In this document: positions 13,897 to 25,420 of the stretch, piece by piece | Layout: every line of letters starts with the position of its first letter | How positions within the stretch are numbered: position 1 is the first letter of the stretch | Assembly (NCBI GenBank): GCA_047495785.1 | Contig: JBLDXI010000020.1 | Span: forward strand, 186,001 to 250,000 | Length of the DNA: 64,000 bases | From: Lepidodermella squamata | Taxonomy: Eukaryota; Animalia; Gastrotricha | Reading direction: 5' to 3' | The notes under the pieces: model-generated | What the model was told of the DNA's origin: nothing | Databases searched by the model: none | Seen by the model: the letters and a program-made list of their open reading frames with translations, nothing else | Position numbers and translations under genes: made by a program

Positions 13897-14428
13897 TTCT
13901 GAAAATAAATGAAGCGACAAAACATAAAAATTAAGCGATATCGTAGAAGACTCACATTTCCTACGACCCCAGCTGTGCTCCATTGCACGCCAACCCGAAG
14001 CTCTGATGAATGGAAATGGAAAAGTGTCACAATTTCTGGTATTGTAGCAATCAAATTACCGTTTGCCCCAGCTGTTTTCCATCGCCTTCCAGTTCTTCGC
14101 CGATCGTTTCCCCCAGCTTTGCTCCATAGCGCGCCAACCAGCAGCTCTACGATAACGATAGTTGTTGTAGTCAACTACAATTTACGTTAGCGATGACTTA
14201 CCGTTTATCTTCGATGTCCTCTTCATCATCATTGGCGGCGGCAACCGCATCGCGCTTTTTGCGTCCCCAGCTATTTTCCATTACCTGCCATTTCGCCTTT
14301 GATCGCTTTTCCATGCCATCGGTTTCATCTTCATCTTCATCGAAGAGAGCATTTGCGCTGCTCAAGTTGACTAAGATGGAAGCAACCACGAGGCCGCCGA
14401 ACAAAGCAATCAAAAGCTGTCGATTCAT
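13897..14428 (-). CDS. Mip: MIP/allatostatin-B-type (W-X6-Wamide) neuropeptide precursor B, 4 peptides
   Basis: Signal peptide MNRQLLIALFGGLVVASILVNLSSA. Exons 14428-14202, 14146-14060, 14002-13956 and 13898-13897 give KR-SKAKWQVMENSWG-RKKR...KR-AAGWRAMEQSWG-KR-SAKNWKAMENSWG-KR-ASGWRAMEHSWG-RRK-stop. Introns are 55, 57 and 57 nt. Confidence 0.9.
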
Positions 14429-15105
14429 TGTTAAATTTAGAGTTAAAATTCCAGGGATATCTACGTTTTTGAATATACCAAATGTACATTATAGCCTTTT
14501 GTGTGCGAGGCCAACCTCGACGAGTAAGAAAGAAGGATATCCTATATTTGTGGCAGAGACGAAAGAAATAGGAGATATCCCGCTCGCTAAAAGCTTCTCA
14601 ATAATAGGAGGTGAATTTGTAAACCCGCCAAAACTGACGCCAATTCAGCCTTTTTATGGCCAACTGCCGCTGCCCCAAGAGGAATAAGAAAAATAATAAC
14701 ATGACACAGATTGAAAAAACAACGTAGGCGTTTCCCAGCAGTATGTCCCGACGTTGTCAATTAGCATAACAATGAATTCAATCAGCACTTCGCTATATCG
14801 ATGAGATTCAGGCATCGCATGTCCATCCTTGACCAGCATGCATTGAGGACGTTCCATTAACAAATTAAAGCTATTAGCCACTTTTGGTGTGTTATGGAAA
14901 TTTGTCCGCTAAAATTTCTTCCTCTAAAAACCAAGTCAAGTTCACTTCCAATGCGACATTGCGAATTCGCGGATAATTGAAAATTAATTGGAATTAAATG
15001 CACGATTTGTTATACACAAGAGCATGTTTTCGCTGCTAGTGAGAACGCGCGAAAGCGGCCTGAAGCCTCATTAAGCGTCAATGAAAAGCAGCAAACAGAT
15101 TTAGT

Positions 15106-18100
15106 TTAGCCGGAGGTAGCAATTTCTCCCTCAAGCTCGTCGGAATCGCTCCCGGCTTTGATCAAACTCGGAAAGGCGAATAGTTGGGGATTTAAATGCT
15201 TATTGCGCGTAGGATAAGCCAGCCAAGTCACGTTCGGAAAAACTGTTTAGTATAACGATGTATCGCGAGTGCAATAACAAATTATTGAAAAATTAGTTGG
15301 CAACATACTCTTCCCGAGCGCTACGGTGACGAGTGAGATGACGCTGGCAATAGCGAGACATAGCAGCAGAGACAACAACGGGAAGTAATTGTACGACAGC
15401 GAGACGACGTCGCGAAGGAACGACACGACGGGGCTGATTATTAGCTCCTGCGCCGCTGCTGATTCACTGCTGCTAATGATGGGTGGCGTCGTGAAGAAAC
15501 TGCTCAACAGTCAGGTGATCAAGTGTCATAATTTCGTCAACTCACCCTGCAGACATCGACGTCGTAGGTTCATCAACATACACGGACAACCTGCGAACAC
15601 ATTCAAATAAATCTTGCTCAATTATTGTTCACCAAAATGTTACATCATTGACGAGTTTGAAAGCAAATTCGCCAGGGATGTGACTTCGAATGCTGAGACA
15701 GTAGCAGCTGAGCAAGCCGTTGTATTCATCGGAAGCCAAGGGTAAGTATAGGGCTTCAGGAGAATTTGTGCGATCATTAGGCTCAAAGTGAATGGAACAC
15801 TGATAAATATTCCGATGATGAGAGACTGCGATTCAATCATAGGCATATTTCTACATGAAAGTTGACATGAAAGTTCCATCTTACATAGCTAGTAATGAAT
15901 GGCAAGAAAGCCCCACAGACGTAGACAGCATGGACGGCGCCAGAGGTTGCTCCGGTCAGTGAGATTACTATCTGAAAGAAGTCTTCATTTCAAACTTCGT
16001 AGGTATACTTCATACTGTCACGTTTCTCAACGCATTAAATGAAGTGACATTGCGGATCAAAAAACGCTTGGAAAATGTGCTATACTTTTAGAGCCGTACC
16101 CCCGACGAATTCAGCAGCGATAGCGATGATGCAGACGATAACGCCGACAACAAGCGCCAGGGTTTTCACTGCCACCATGGCTTGACGTTTCGAGAACTTG
16201 GATTCAAAATGGGGTTTGATCCTGATTTTTCCGTTCATAGGTAATAACAACGATTTCGAAAAAAGCCATCTCACCAATCTTCCCAAATCAAAGCCGACAC
16301 GCTATTATACGCCGTAGACATGGAGCTGAGATTTGCGGAAAAGTTGGCGAAAAACACAGGAAATTATCAATTACGTCGACGAACCTTATCGAACCACTGA
16401 AGAGACAAGCGTAATAGATGCCGAGAAAGCCTGAAATTAATCACGGAGTAATTATGGGGAAGCCTTAAACTCGTAAAACTAACCTGGGTAGTTCATGACA
16501 TCCTGAACGAAATGCGGTATTATCTAATATAAATTTTATTTTTAGAAGGATTAACTTGGCCGCCGTTAGGTTTATTTTTAGGCTAACCTGATTAGGACTC
16601 TTAATGGCGCCACTCGTCAAAGGATCGCAACCCAGCGTTCCATTATAATAAGAAAAGCACACCAGCGAAGTCAGCCAAATGACAACCGCTAAGACGACAA
16701 CCATGGGGCAAGCTAATAGCAAAGAGCTGAAACATCGAAGGATGAACTTTTATGATCTAATCCTATCTTTGTAGAGTTGGCCTACAGTTGAGCGGTTCTC
16801 AAAGTTTTCATTGCACAGCAACGTTGGAGAATGGCTTGGTTATTAGCCATATTAACCAAGTAGTGCACCACAACGCCGATACAAATAGACCAAAATGAAT
16901 GAGTTACATAAGGTTCAAAGCGCCAGCTATCAGCAAAATCATAGGCCCATTTCATACGGCGTGAGAAAAATCTACTCAACTTACTCGATGTAGCCAGTAC
17001 GCTTCATAGCTTCAGCGTAAGTCCATGCTCGCCCGATTCCACCGGTTTCAATCGATCCCTGTAACAGTAAAATATCGGTGTCATGGATTGAAATGGGTGA
17101 ATTTTGCTATTAGACTTCACCAATATTAAGCAGGCAATGATTCCACCGTACATTATCACAGCTTGAATGGTGTCCACAAGTACCACTGCTCTGAGCCCGC
17201 CCTTAATGCATTTAATTGAAATCTCTCACGTGGGAGGATAGCACGATGTGAAAACAAACCACAACTACGACGTTGACAACAAGTTTGTTTCAACGAGAAA
17301 AAGCGAGTTTCAAGCGCAAACCTGTATAGAAAATCGTGACTACGCTTGTCGCAATAATTATCACCCACTCAGGTATTCCAGTCGCTAAAAAACGAGAGGT
17401 TGATTTGTTTTTTTATCGGGACGATCAAACAACGGAACTAACCCACAGTGAACGCCACGCAGGGTACATAGGCGCAGACCTACGCATTATCAAGTTGATG
17501 AAAAAAATTAATGGCCCCGACTCTGGCACAGGAAGCTTACCCCTGCGTATGCTATCTAATTAACAGAGAGTTTAAACGGTGCAGAAATATATTAAAAAAA
17601 TGTTACAGCAGATAATGAAGATCCGATCGCCGTTAATTTCCGAAGAAATATCGAACCGAAGCGAACCTCGACATACTTTAAAAAAATGAAGGCTACGTAA
17701 AAATCGTTGCAGGCATAGTTATAAAACAAACTTCAAACACAGTTGTGAAGTTGTTACGATAGTAGATAGGAAGGTAGGTGAACGCGATGAGAAAGGCGCA
17801 TGGAATGAACGCTAGAGTCCCGAATATGTTTACGCTCCCAGTAGTGTAGACCTCAGCTGGAAGTGTCAAGCAGACAGAATTAGATTTTTATCGTCTGCTG
17901 GTCGTAGCGAGCAGAGTGAAAGCTATAGTATTTTTGACACGAAGTGCAGAATTTTGATCAATATTCCTATTGAATTATCCCATACTTAAGGCGAAAATTT
18001 AGATGACCAGCGCCAATTTATATTTTTTTCTTTGAACTCGTCCAAATTATGCTGGAGAATTTATTTCTACTTTTTTGGATGCCGTATTTGCTACCGAAAG

Positions 18101-18437
18101 TTGCGACAAAAATTGGTTTTGTAAAACTTATTAAATCATGATTTTCTTGTATATTAAATGCAAAGAAACCTGGCAGGCCGAGTAGAGCAATAGCCGAATA
18201 GAAACTGGCAAAGAGGCTGCAAGTTGTTGGTATGAGTGACAGTTTCTTTGAGTTGAAATATTCGCGCGTTGACGTAACAGGCTCCGCTTCACCGTTAAGT
18301 GGGAATTCCTCGGCTTTTTCGATGACATTCTTCTTACGACCTCGCCTTTCTATTAAAAGAAAGTAGACGCCAGTTCCAGCGCATACCAGCAGGCTGGCGA
18401 TGAAAACAACGTAATCGATCCAAGAGAGCTGGTTCAT
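15106..18437 (-). CDS. SLC5 sodium:solute symporter (SMVT/SMCT/NIS-like), paralog 1, very intron-rich
   Basis: Motifs DYVVF, SLFASFYSAIALLGLPAEVY, YVEVRF, GGLRAVVLVDTIQ, HSFWS, NQAILQR, GCDPL...NQ, GFLGIYYACLFSG-SSMSTAYNSVSALIWED and SLSYNYF. The last exon ends ...EGEIATSG-stop at 15106. Confidence 0.88.
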
Positions 18438-19257
18438 AGTGGGACTCAGAGTTGACCCGGTAATTGCAAAACTAAATAGTTAATTGCGTGAGGAATCGCC
18501 CAGTGGGTCGGCAGAGATACGCACGCCGCATTATCGCCATATTATCTAATCTTCGAGCCACATCTCAACTTTTTCTCCTACAAAAATATCTCTATATACG
18601 GATTCAGCTACCGTACTAATTTCACGACAAGTTTTCAGCACAAACTTGATTTTTTCCTACGTTTTTGTTCCGTTAAGTTAAGCTTCACAGTGTAGAAAAT
18701 ATGAATCAAAGCGCTGCAAAGCATATAATGCTAATGGGTTTATTTATCGTAGCGCAATAAAGGTAAGAATGAATATACTCAGATCGAAATTATTGAATTT
18801 TCCATCTCACTGGATTCGATGTGCAATCTTATTAAACGAGCACCTTCAGCAGGCCGAGTTATCGGCGTGCCCGAGCGAAAATTTTATAATTTGATCCCAT
18901 AGTTTGATGAATAACATGCGCATATTTTGTCCAGGTAAAACAATCGTAATTTTTATTACAAATCTCCAATAGGATTTGCTAAAGCAAACAGCGCAGGCCC
19001 ATGATTGCTGCCTAACTATCAGAATCACCGGCACAGCCGACCACCGCCCACGAAATCTGAGCTGCGCGTTGGTTTTGGTATATTTATTGGTATACTATTT
19101 GGCGACGTTTTTCCGGCTTAATTAATATGATAGGTCGGAAATTGCTAACCCTGTCCATGTGCGTCATAAAAAACGTCACAAAATTTTCATAGATGAGCTT
19201 CGCGCTTTCAAGTCAATTTTATTGATAATTTCAAGTTTTAAAGGTACTGAATCGCAG

Positions 19258-21985
19258 TTACAACAAATCCGCGTCATTATTACTATTACTCGGCAGTGCG
19301 GCTTGCTGCGCAGTTCGTGATGCTAAGATGATTCGCAAACAGCCGATTGTCATGTAACTAGGCTCAACTTGGGTCGGTGGGCGAAGCCACGACGCATTCG
19401 GGAACGCAATTTTCGATAACAAAATCGTTAGCAAGCTGATGATAGTCGCAACGCCCAGGCACGATATAATGCACAGAATCGGAAAATAGTTGTAAGACAA
19501 AGAAAATAGGCTGCGAAGAGCTGGATCGAGGTTATCGGCTGACGCGGAAACCATAGTCGTTTTCATGACTGTCGAGTTTGTGAAGCTAGCGCAAGTGCTG
19601 TTCGCCAATGGTAGCCAAGGATAAGGACTCGGCTGGTAGACCAGCTGACCGACAATAACGGTCAGGACAAACGGAACAGCAAAAAGCATGCCAACGATTA
19701 GGGACTGGATCAGAATTAAGAAAAAACGTTAGCATGGTCCCAAATCCATTGTTTCATGAAACTATCGTATAACTTACGAAACTAGTGATATACGGTAGAA
19801 AAGCAGCTGCTATAAACACCGCAAGAATCGTTCCACTGAAAGCTGCGGTAAACATTGATACCATCTGAAATGAGGAAATAAGTTAACCGAAGACTGTTGA
19901 ACCTATGAACTTACTCTGATTGCTGTACCCCCAATGTATTTACATGACAAAGCCAGCAGTGTACTCACAATACCAACAATTGCGGCGAGAAATTTGAAAA
20001 AGATTGAAACTTGTCGCTGGCTGAGTTTCGGCTCGAGGAAAGGTCGTAGCCAATCCTCCCAAATGACAGATGAAACCGAGTTGTAGCTGGTCGACAGTGT
20101 ACTCAGAGCACCGCTGAACAAGCAGGCAAAATAGAGACCCTGAAACCCAGGGTAGCGCATAATGACGGATACGAAGTACGACATGATTTGGTTTGGTGAG
20201 GTGACAGCACCGCTGACGAATGGATCACAGCCAACCTTCTCGGTAAAATACGCGTAGGCAACTAGCGTCGACAGCCATAAAACTATTGATAACGCGGCAG
20301 CCAGAGGACCCACCATAATTAGGGATCTTGGAAATACCCGAAAATTTACGCGAGTTAATATTATAGCCCCCAACAAAATGCGCATAAGACCTACAGCATA
20401 GCTTTCGGCAAACTGTTAAGCGAACAAGTTCGTTGCAAAGTGGACTGTAATTCAAAAAGGTTAGTTAGACGCATATATTCGAGACGGGTTCGAACTTATA
20501 AATATACTTGATTATTCGTTGAAGCTAGAAAAAAGAATCCAGCGCCGCAGAAAATAGACCAAAAAGAATGGGTAACGGTCGGATCTATCCTCCAGCTAAA
20601 CAGAATATAAGAATTCATCAGCCAAGCTCTACTAGTACTTGGATAGGTTACTCGTTGATAGCAGTTCTGCCAGATTCACCAGAAATCTTCCACGCATTTT
20701 CTAATCCTCCAACTTCATAAGATCCCTGAAAGTCAAGATTAAGTAAAAACAGGTGTGAATATTTAATTAAATCTTGAGCTCACCGCTATCAAAACAGCGA
20801 GAAGTCCTGCCAACATAATTCCAGCTTGAATAGTATCGACAATAACGACAGCTCTGCAGTAAGAAACTGGAATAGATTTTGCAATGCATAAGAACGTCCA
20901 AAGAAAGGAACCTTATTCCGCCCTGGAAACAAATAAAAATTTAGCAAGCTTTGACTTCGTAAAGGCACCCATCCAACCAACCATTGCGGTGTAAAATACT
21001 GTTAACAAGCCTGTCGAAAAAACCAATATCCATGACGGAATACCAGACGCTGGGAAAGCACGAGTTTCAAGACAAATTGTTCAGGCTGTATGTCAACTAC
21101 CTTTTTCGAAGGCGACACACGGAATGTAGGCACAAACAGCACAATAAGCAAGCTAAAATGCCAATATAATTTTTGATAGAATTGCGACTTTGCTAGATTA
21201 CTAACAGTAGAAATAGAAGATATCGTGGTTGTGACTTTGCGAAGCAGCACTGATTGAAACCGTTTTTCGATATACTAAAACAGGTGATGCAAAAATTCGC
21301 CATTAAATAAAGGGTATGTCAACGTACCTCAAAAATACTATGAAATTTGTTATGGAAGTAGATTGGAATATATGTGATAGAAATGATGATCGAAGCCGGA
21401 ACAAAAGACAGCGTCGACAAAATTGGCGCCGTCCCAAATGCGTACACCTGTTTATCAACAAAGTAACAAGCGGCAGTCTTAAGTATTTTGCTTTCATAGC
21501 ATAGCTTGATTATACATTGCGCCTATAAGACCTAAGGTTCGACCGAACATCCACAAGACTTTCATCTTTCACGAAAAAGCATAGGGGATAATTTTGCTTA
21601 ATCTTTTCGGCTTTTTGCAGGAATTTTGCAGAAGTGATTTTCCTAAAAGATTCAGATTATTTCTAACCTCAGCAGGAAGTCCCAGAAGACCAACGGCCGA
21701 GAATGATGTCGCAAACAATGATAGCACGACTGGTATGAAGTCGAGGTGGCGACTGCCCAGGAAGTATTCGTCAGCAGCTTGGCCATTGTCGCCTGATTTT
21801 CCCGATGAGCGCGCTTCTCCATCCTCTGTTGATTTTCTGCATTTAAAATTCGATCCATCGCATTTGAATTTTCTGCGGAAACCAGGCGGTAACAAGTAGT
21901 AGAAACCGACGACTGCGCAAAGCAAGAGGCTCAAAGAAAACACGATGTAATCGGCAGCAAAGAGTGTTGAAGCCTCAAGAACCAT
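19258..21985 (-). CDS. SLC5 sodium:solute symporter (SMVT/SMCT/NIS-like), paralog 2
   Basis: Motifs ADYIVF, DEYFLGSR, SLFATSFSAVGLLGLPAEVY, YIEKRF, GGIRAVVIVDTIQ, GCDPF...NQ, PGFQGLYFACLFSGALSTLSTSYNSVSSVIWED and SLSYNYF. Tandem with and co-oriented to paralog 1. Confidence 0.9.
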
Positions 21986-22526
21986 AGCTAGAATAAGCTG
22001 CTATTTAAAACGACAAGGTTGAGATATGGAACCCAAAAATCATTAGCGGCAGACTCGTGTCCAGAAACAAAAGTCACTTTCAGAAACTGGTGGAGACAGA
22101 TAATAGATGAATTGGATAGATTAGTCACATCAGTACGGCCATATATGAGAGTACAAATAACAATCGATGATTTTACTATCTTCCGTTCATGTTTATTCTG
22201 TGATTGTCGCCTGTGGGTCGCCTGCGTGCATTAGCGTAAAAAATATCACAAATAAAAAATATAAAAAATTAGTGAGATGTAGAATTGCACGCATCAGCAA
22301 AGTGGTTAGGAAGTAGTTTAAAATAACAGCAATTTTTCCGTCTTCCTTGGCCCCGGCCTGTCATTCAATACAAATCTTATGGATAATTGTGGCACTGCTT
22401 GTGGTTCTAGGTTGATAGCCTTCCTACAATTATCGTCGTACCTTACAATCGGGTTTGTTTTCAAAAAATTCAATGTATTGCCATCGTCAAATAGGATTCA
22501 CAAAGCCTCTTTTATTTGAATGATTT

Positions 22527-24905
22527 TCATTTGATAAGCTTTTGTCTCCTCAACTTGGGAGAGAACACCAAGTTTCCGCCATAAAGCAACGGTGTAACAC
22601 AACAGTAAACCTATATTATAATAAGTCAAATCTGACTTGTCAAAAGATTGAAACTTTTAAAATCTTACGAGTAATGCTATTTCGGTAGGGGCACGCGCTG
22701 ATTCTAGAAATTCGACTGTTTGATTTGACCCGACGACCCAAGACACGTAGGGTGCGATGATTTCAACAATCATGTATGGCATCCAAAAGACAGCGCACGT
22801 GACAACGATCAGCCCCGTCAGAAAAACGCCACGCAGAGACGAAGACGAGTGCCTTGTTTGTTTCGTTTTCTTCAGCGCAATTTGAGGGTCGCATTGGTCA
22901 TTATCCAAGTCAGTTACTCCAGCGTTAGCCAGACGACTGCTTCGGCGCAATGTACCAAGAAATGTTCGAAATGATGGCGATGTTGGTGATGGTGAATGGC
23001 GACTTTCGCTATTGGATACTGCGATGAAGGGCGCCGCGGCTGAAGATGATTTTCGATAAGTATTATTTGTTTCATCAAAAATATATTCTAGTGGACTGTT
23101 CTCGTTTACATTCTCCATCAAAGATTGGGATGGTCGGCCTAGTTCGCTCAGTTCGCAAGTCGTAATTTGCTGCAAAAATCAGAAGCTTGAAATTCGATGT
23201 TCAAGTAAAATTAGCTTACTCTTCCAGTTGACTGCGATTTTTGGATCTCAACTGAAATACGGCAAGCTTTCAGCTCAACTTTCGACGCTATTCTGTCATC
23301 TCTCTTTGTAAAATTACTACCGGCAAACAAATCCGATTCTCTTGTTGCGTCAGTCGCATTGGATGTTTTCCGCCTGGTGTAGCGATCGTTTTTGCGATGT
23401 ATCGTAATGAGAAAAACAGTTAGCCGCGCATAGCACACCAGAATGATCAAGGCAAACGGCAGCATGATAAGGTATTGAATACCTTCGATGACGTAATTGT
23501 GATGACAAATTATGGCACTGCAAAATTGTCTTATGTTGTCAAAGTCGACTAAGGTTACCCATCGACTTGTTCCATCTGAAAAAATATTTAAAGGAAGATT
23601 GCTTTCAAATGTTGGTATAACATACTGAATAATCGCTCAAAATCACAAGACTCGCGCGACTGAAATGGGATGATGAAATCTGAGAGGAAGAAGATGATCG
23701 CTACAAACCATAGGCTGATAGTTGCGGCCAAATAGTATTTGTTGAGCTTGGCAGAACGAGTGCAGTGATAGAGAGGATAAAAGCAGGCAATGTAGTGATC
23801 TATGGAGCAGCCCGAAAGTGATGCCAAAATTTGCAGCTGTGCCACTTTCAGTGAAGCAATTGCCGGCAGCTCGTTACACAGGAAAGGCAAACCTGAGAAT
23901 TGCATAATTAAGGCTAGAATCAGATGGGTACCCCATAGACAAAAAAACACGAACCCAAGTGTAACTAAGAACCCAAAAGCCCGGTGGTTATTCAAGACCA
24001 GGTATACACAACATTTAAATGATGAAACCAAACCGGAGGGGGGAACCTCTGGAATATGGGTCTACATTCATGGAAAGGGATCGAAACGGGATTTTCTCGG
24101 AACTGAAAGTTCTCGAACTTTATTTATTATTTCAGGCCAAGAGCCGTTTAACGATAACTAAATCAAGTGGAAATAGCATTTTCCTAGTCGTCAAATGGAA
24201 TTAAGATTCCTGCGCTTGAATGAATGTAACAAAGTCCAAGATTTGGGTTGCGTCTAAATCGAAACTAATAACAAAGTGACTTATTGGACACGCTATACCT
24301 AAGTAAGGAGAAATTATTCGGGATAAAATGCCGAGGCCGCCAATGACATTCGCGATAGCCAGACTTGCAATGAAGCCTCGTTGTAAAAATTGACTCTTGG
24401 AATTATTATTTCGCCCCTGTTTGATCGGACCTTCGCTCGGCGCATTGTTGTTCATGCTTGAATTGCTACGACAAGATCCAGCATTTGCTGGCTTTGAAGC
24501 CATTTGATCAAAGCTTGAAGTTGAACACAATCGAGTATTCTGCGTTTCATTGTCGGGCTGAAGTGATCGCACGGAATATCTCGCGGTTTTAAATGGACCT
24601 GTTTTTACCGAAATCTGCGGGCGATTTTTTTGAAGCGGCAGGAAAAGAATTGAAAGTAAGAGCATGTTAGCAATCAAATTGACGCCGATGAGAGCCGTTT
24701 TGAATTGTTCGAATGACGTGTACGGATCGTCCCCTCTTGGCACATCTGCCCCGATTCCTGCAGAGAGATCAAGAGCTTCGAGCGGCACCCTATTGTCACC
24801 ACTTCCTTGCTCTCCTTCGTAACTCGTGTTGCCAAGCGAACTTGGAAGGTGTCCTAAAATCCAGACCTCATCTTCAAATGCACTCTCTGAATCGCCCGAT
24901 GCCAT
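22527..24905 (-). CDS. Divergent orphan class A (rhodopsin-like) GPCR
   Basis: Seven hydrophobic segments across exons: TM1 GVNLIANMLLLSIL, TM2 FIASLAIAN, TM3 C...SGCSIDHYIAC, TM4 ISLW, TM5 MLPFALIILVCYARL, TM6 AVFWMPY and TM7 VYCCVTPLLY. The C-terminus ends ...RRQKLIK-stop at 22527. Confidence 0.8.
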
Positions 24906-25286
24906 TAAAATTTGTTCGGAGCAATAATCTCTTACAATTGATTAATTCGCTGAATATATCATTTACAAAAAAAAATTAAATGCACCAAAAGGAGGCCAAA
25001 TGATCCAAGTTGATTTTGGTTCCAGCTAATTTGAATCATGGCAGCGCGCAGCGCATATACTATTTCAACACGCCAACTTTGAGCGCCGATAAGAAAATTG
25101 ATTTCTATCAACACACCAAAGATAAAAAAATGTGAATGACCTCCGTGTTATTTAATTTGCAAGATACCAACTATAAGCACAAAGAGCAATCTCTTTTGTA
25201 AGTATTCGGCAGCTAATCTGACCTATTGGGAAAACAATACAGCGTGCTCAGTGCGCTCCTTCCACCTAGCAATACTTGTTTGATAT

Positions 25287-25420
25287 TACAGTCTGTCCCA
25301 TAAATTCTGGTTCAAGTTTTTTGCTTCCCAAATAGCCCATTCATAGCATTTTTCCACGAATCGATAACCGTTGGAAAGAGGACTCTCGTCTGATTTTTCG
25401 AGCATGATTCGTTGTGCCAT
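25287..25420 (+). mobile_element. Possible Tc1/mariner-type MITE end (single terminus)
   Basis: TA-CAGTCTGTCCCATAAATTCTGG begins abruptly in intergenic DNA. No matching right TIR was found by eye. Confidence 0.25.

Noticed and set aside
22527-24905. The GPCR as the cognate MIP/sex-peptide receptor
   Set aside because: No recognisable SPR-family sequence features. Proximity to the peptide genes is not evidence.
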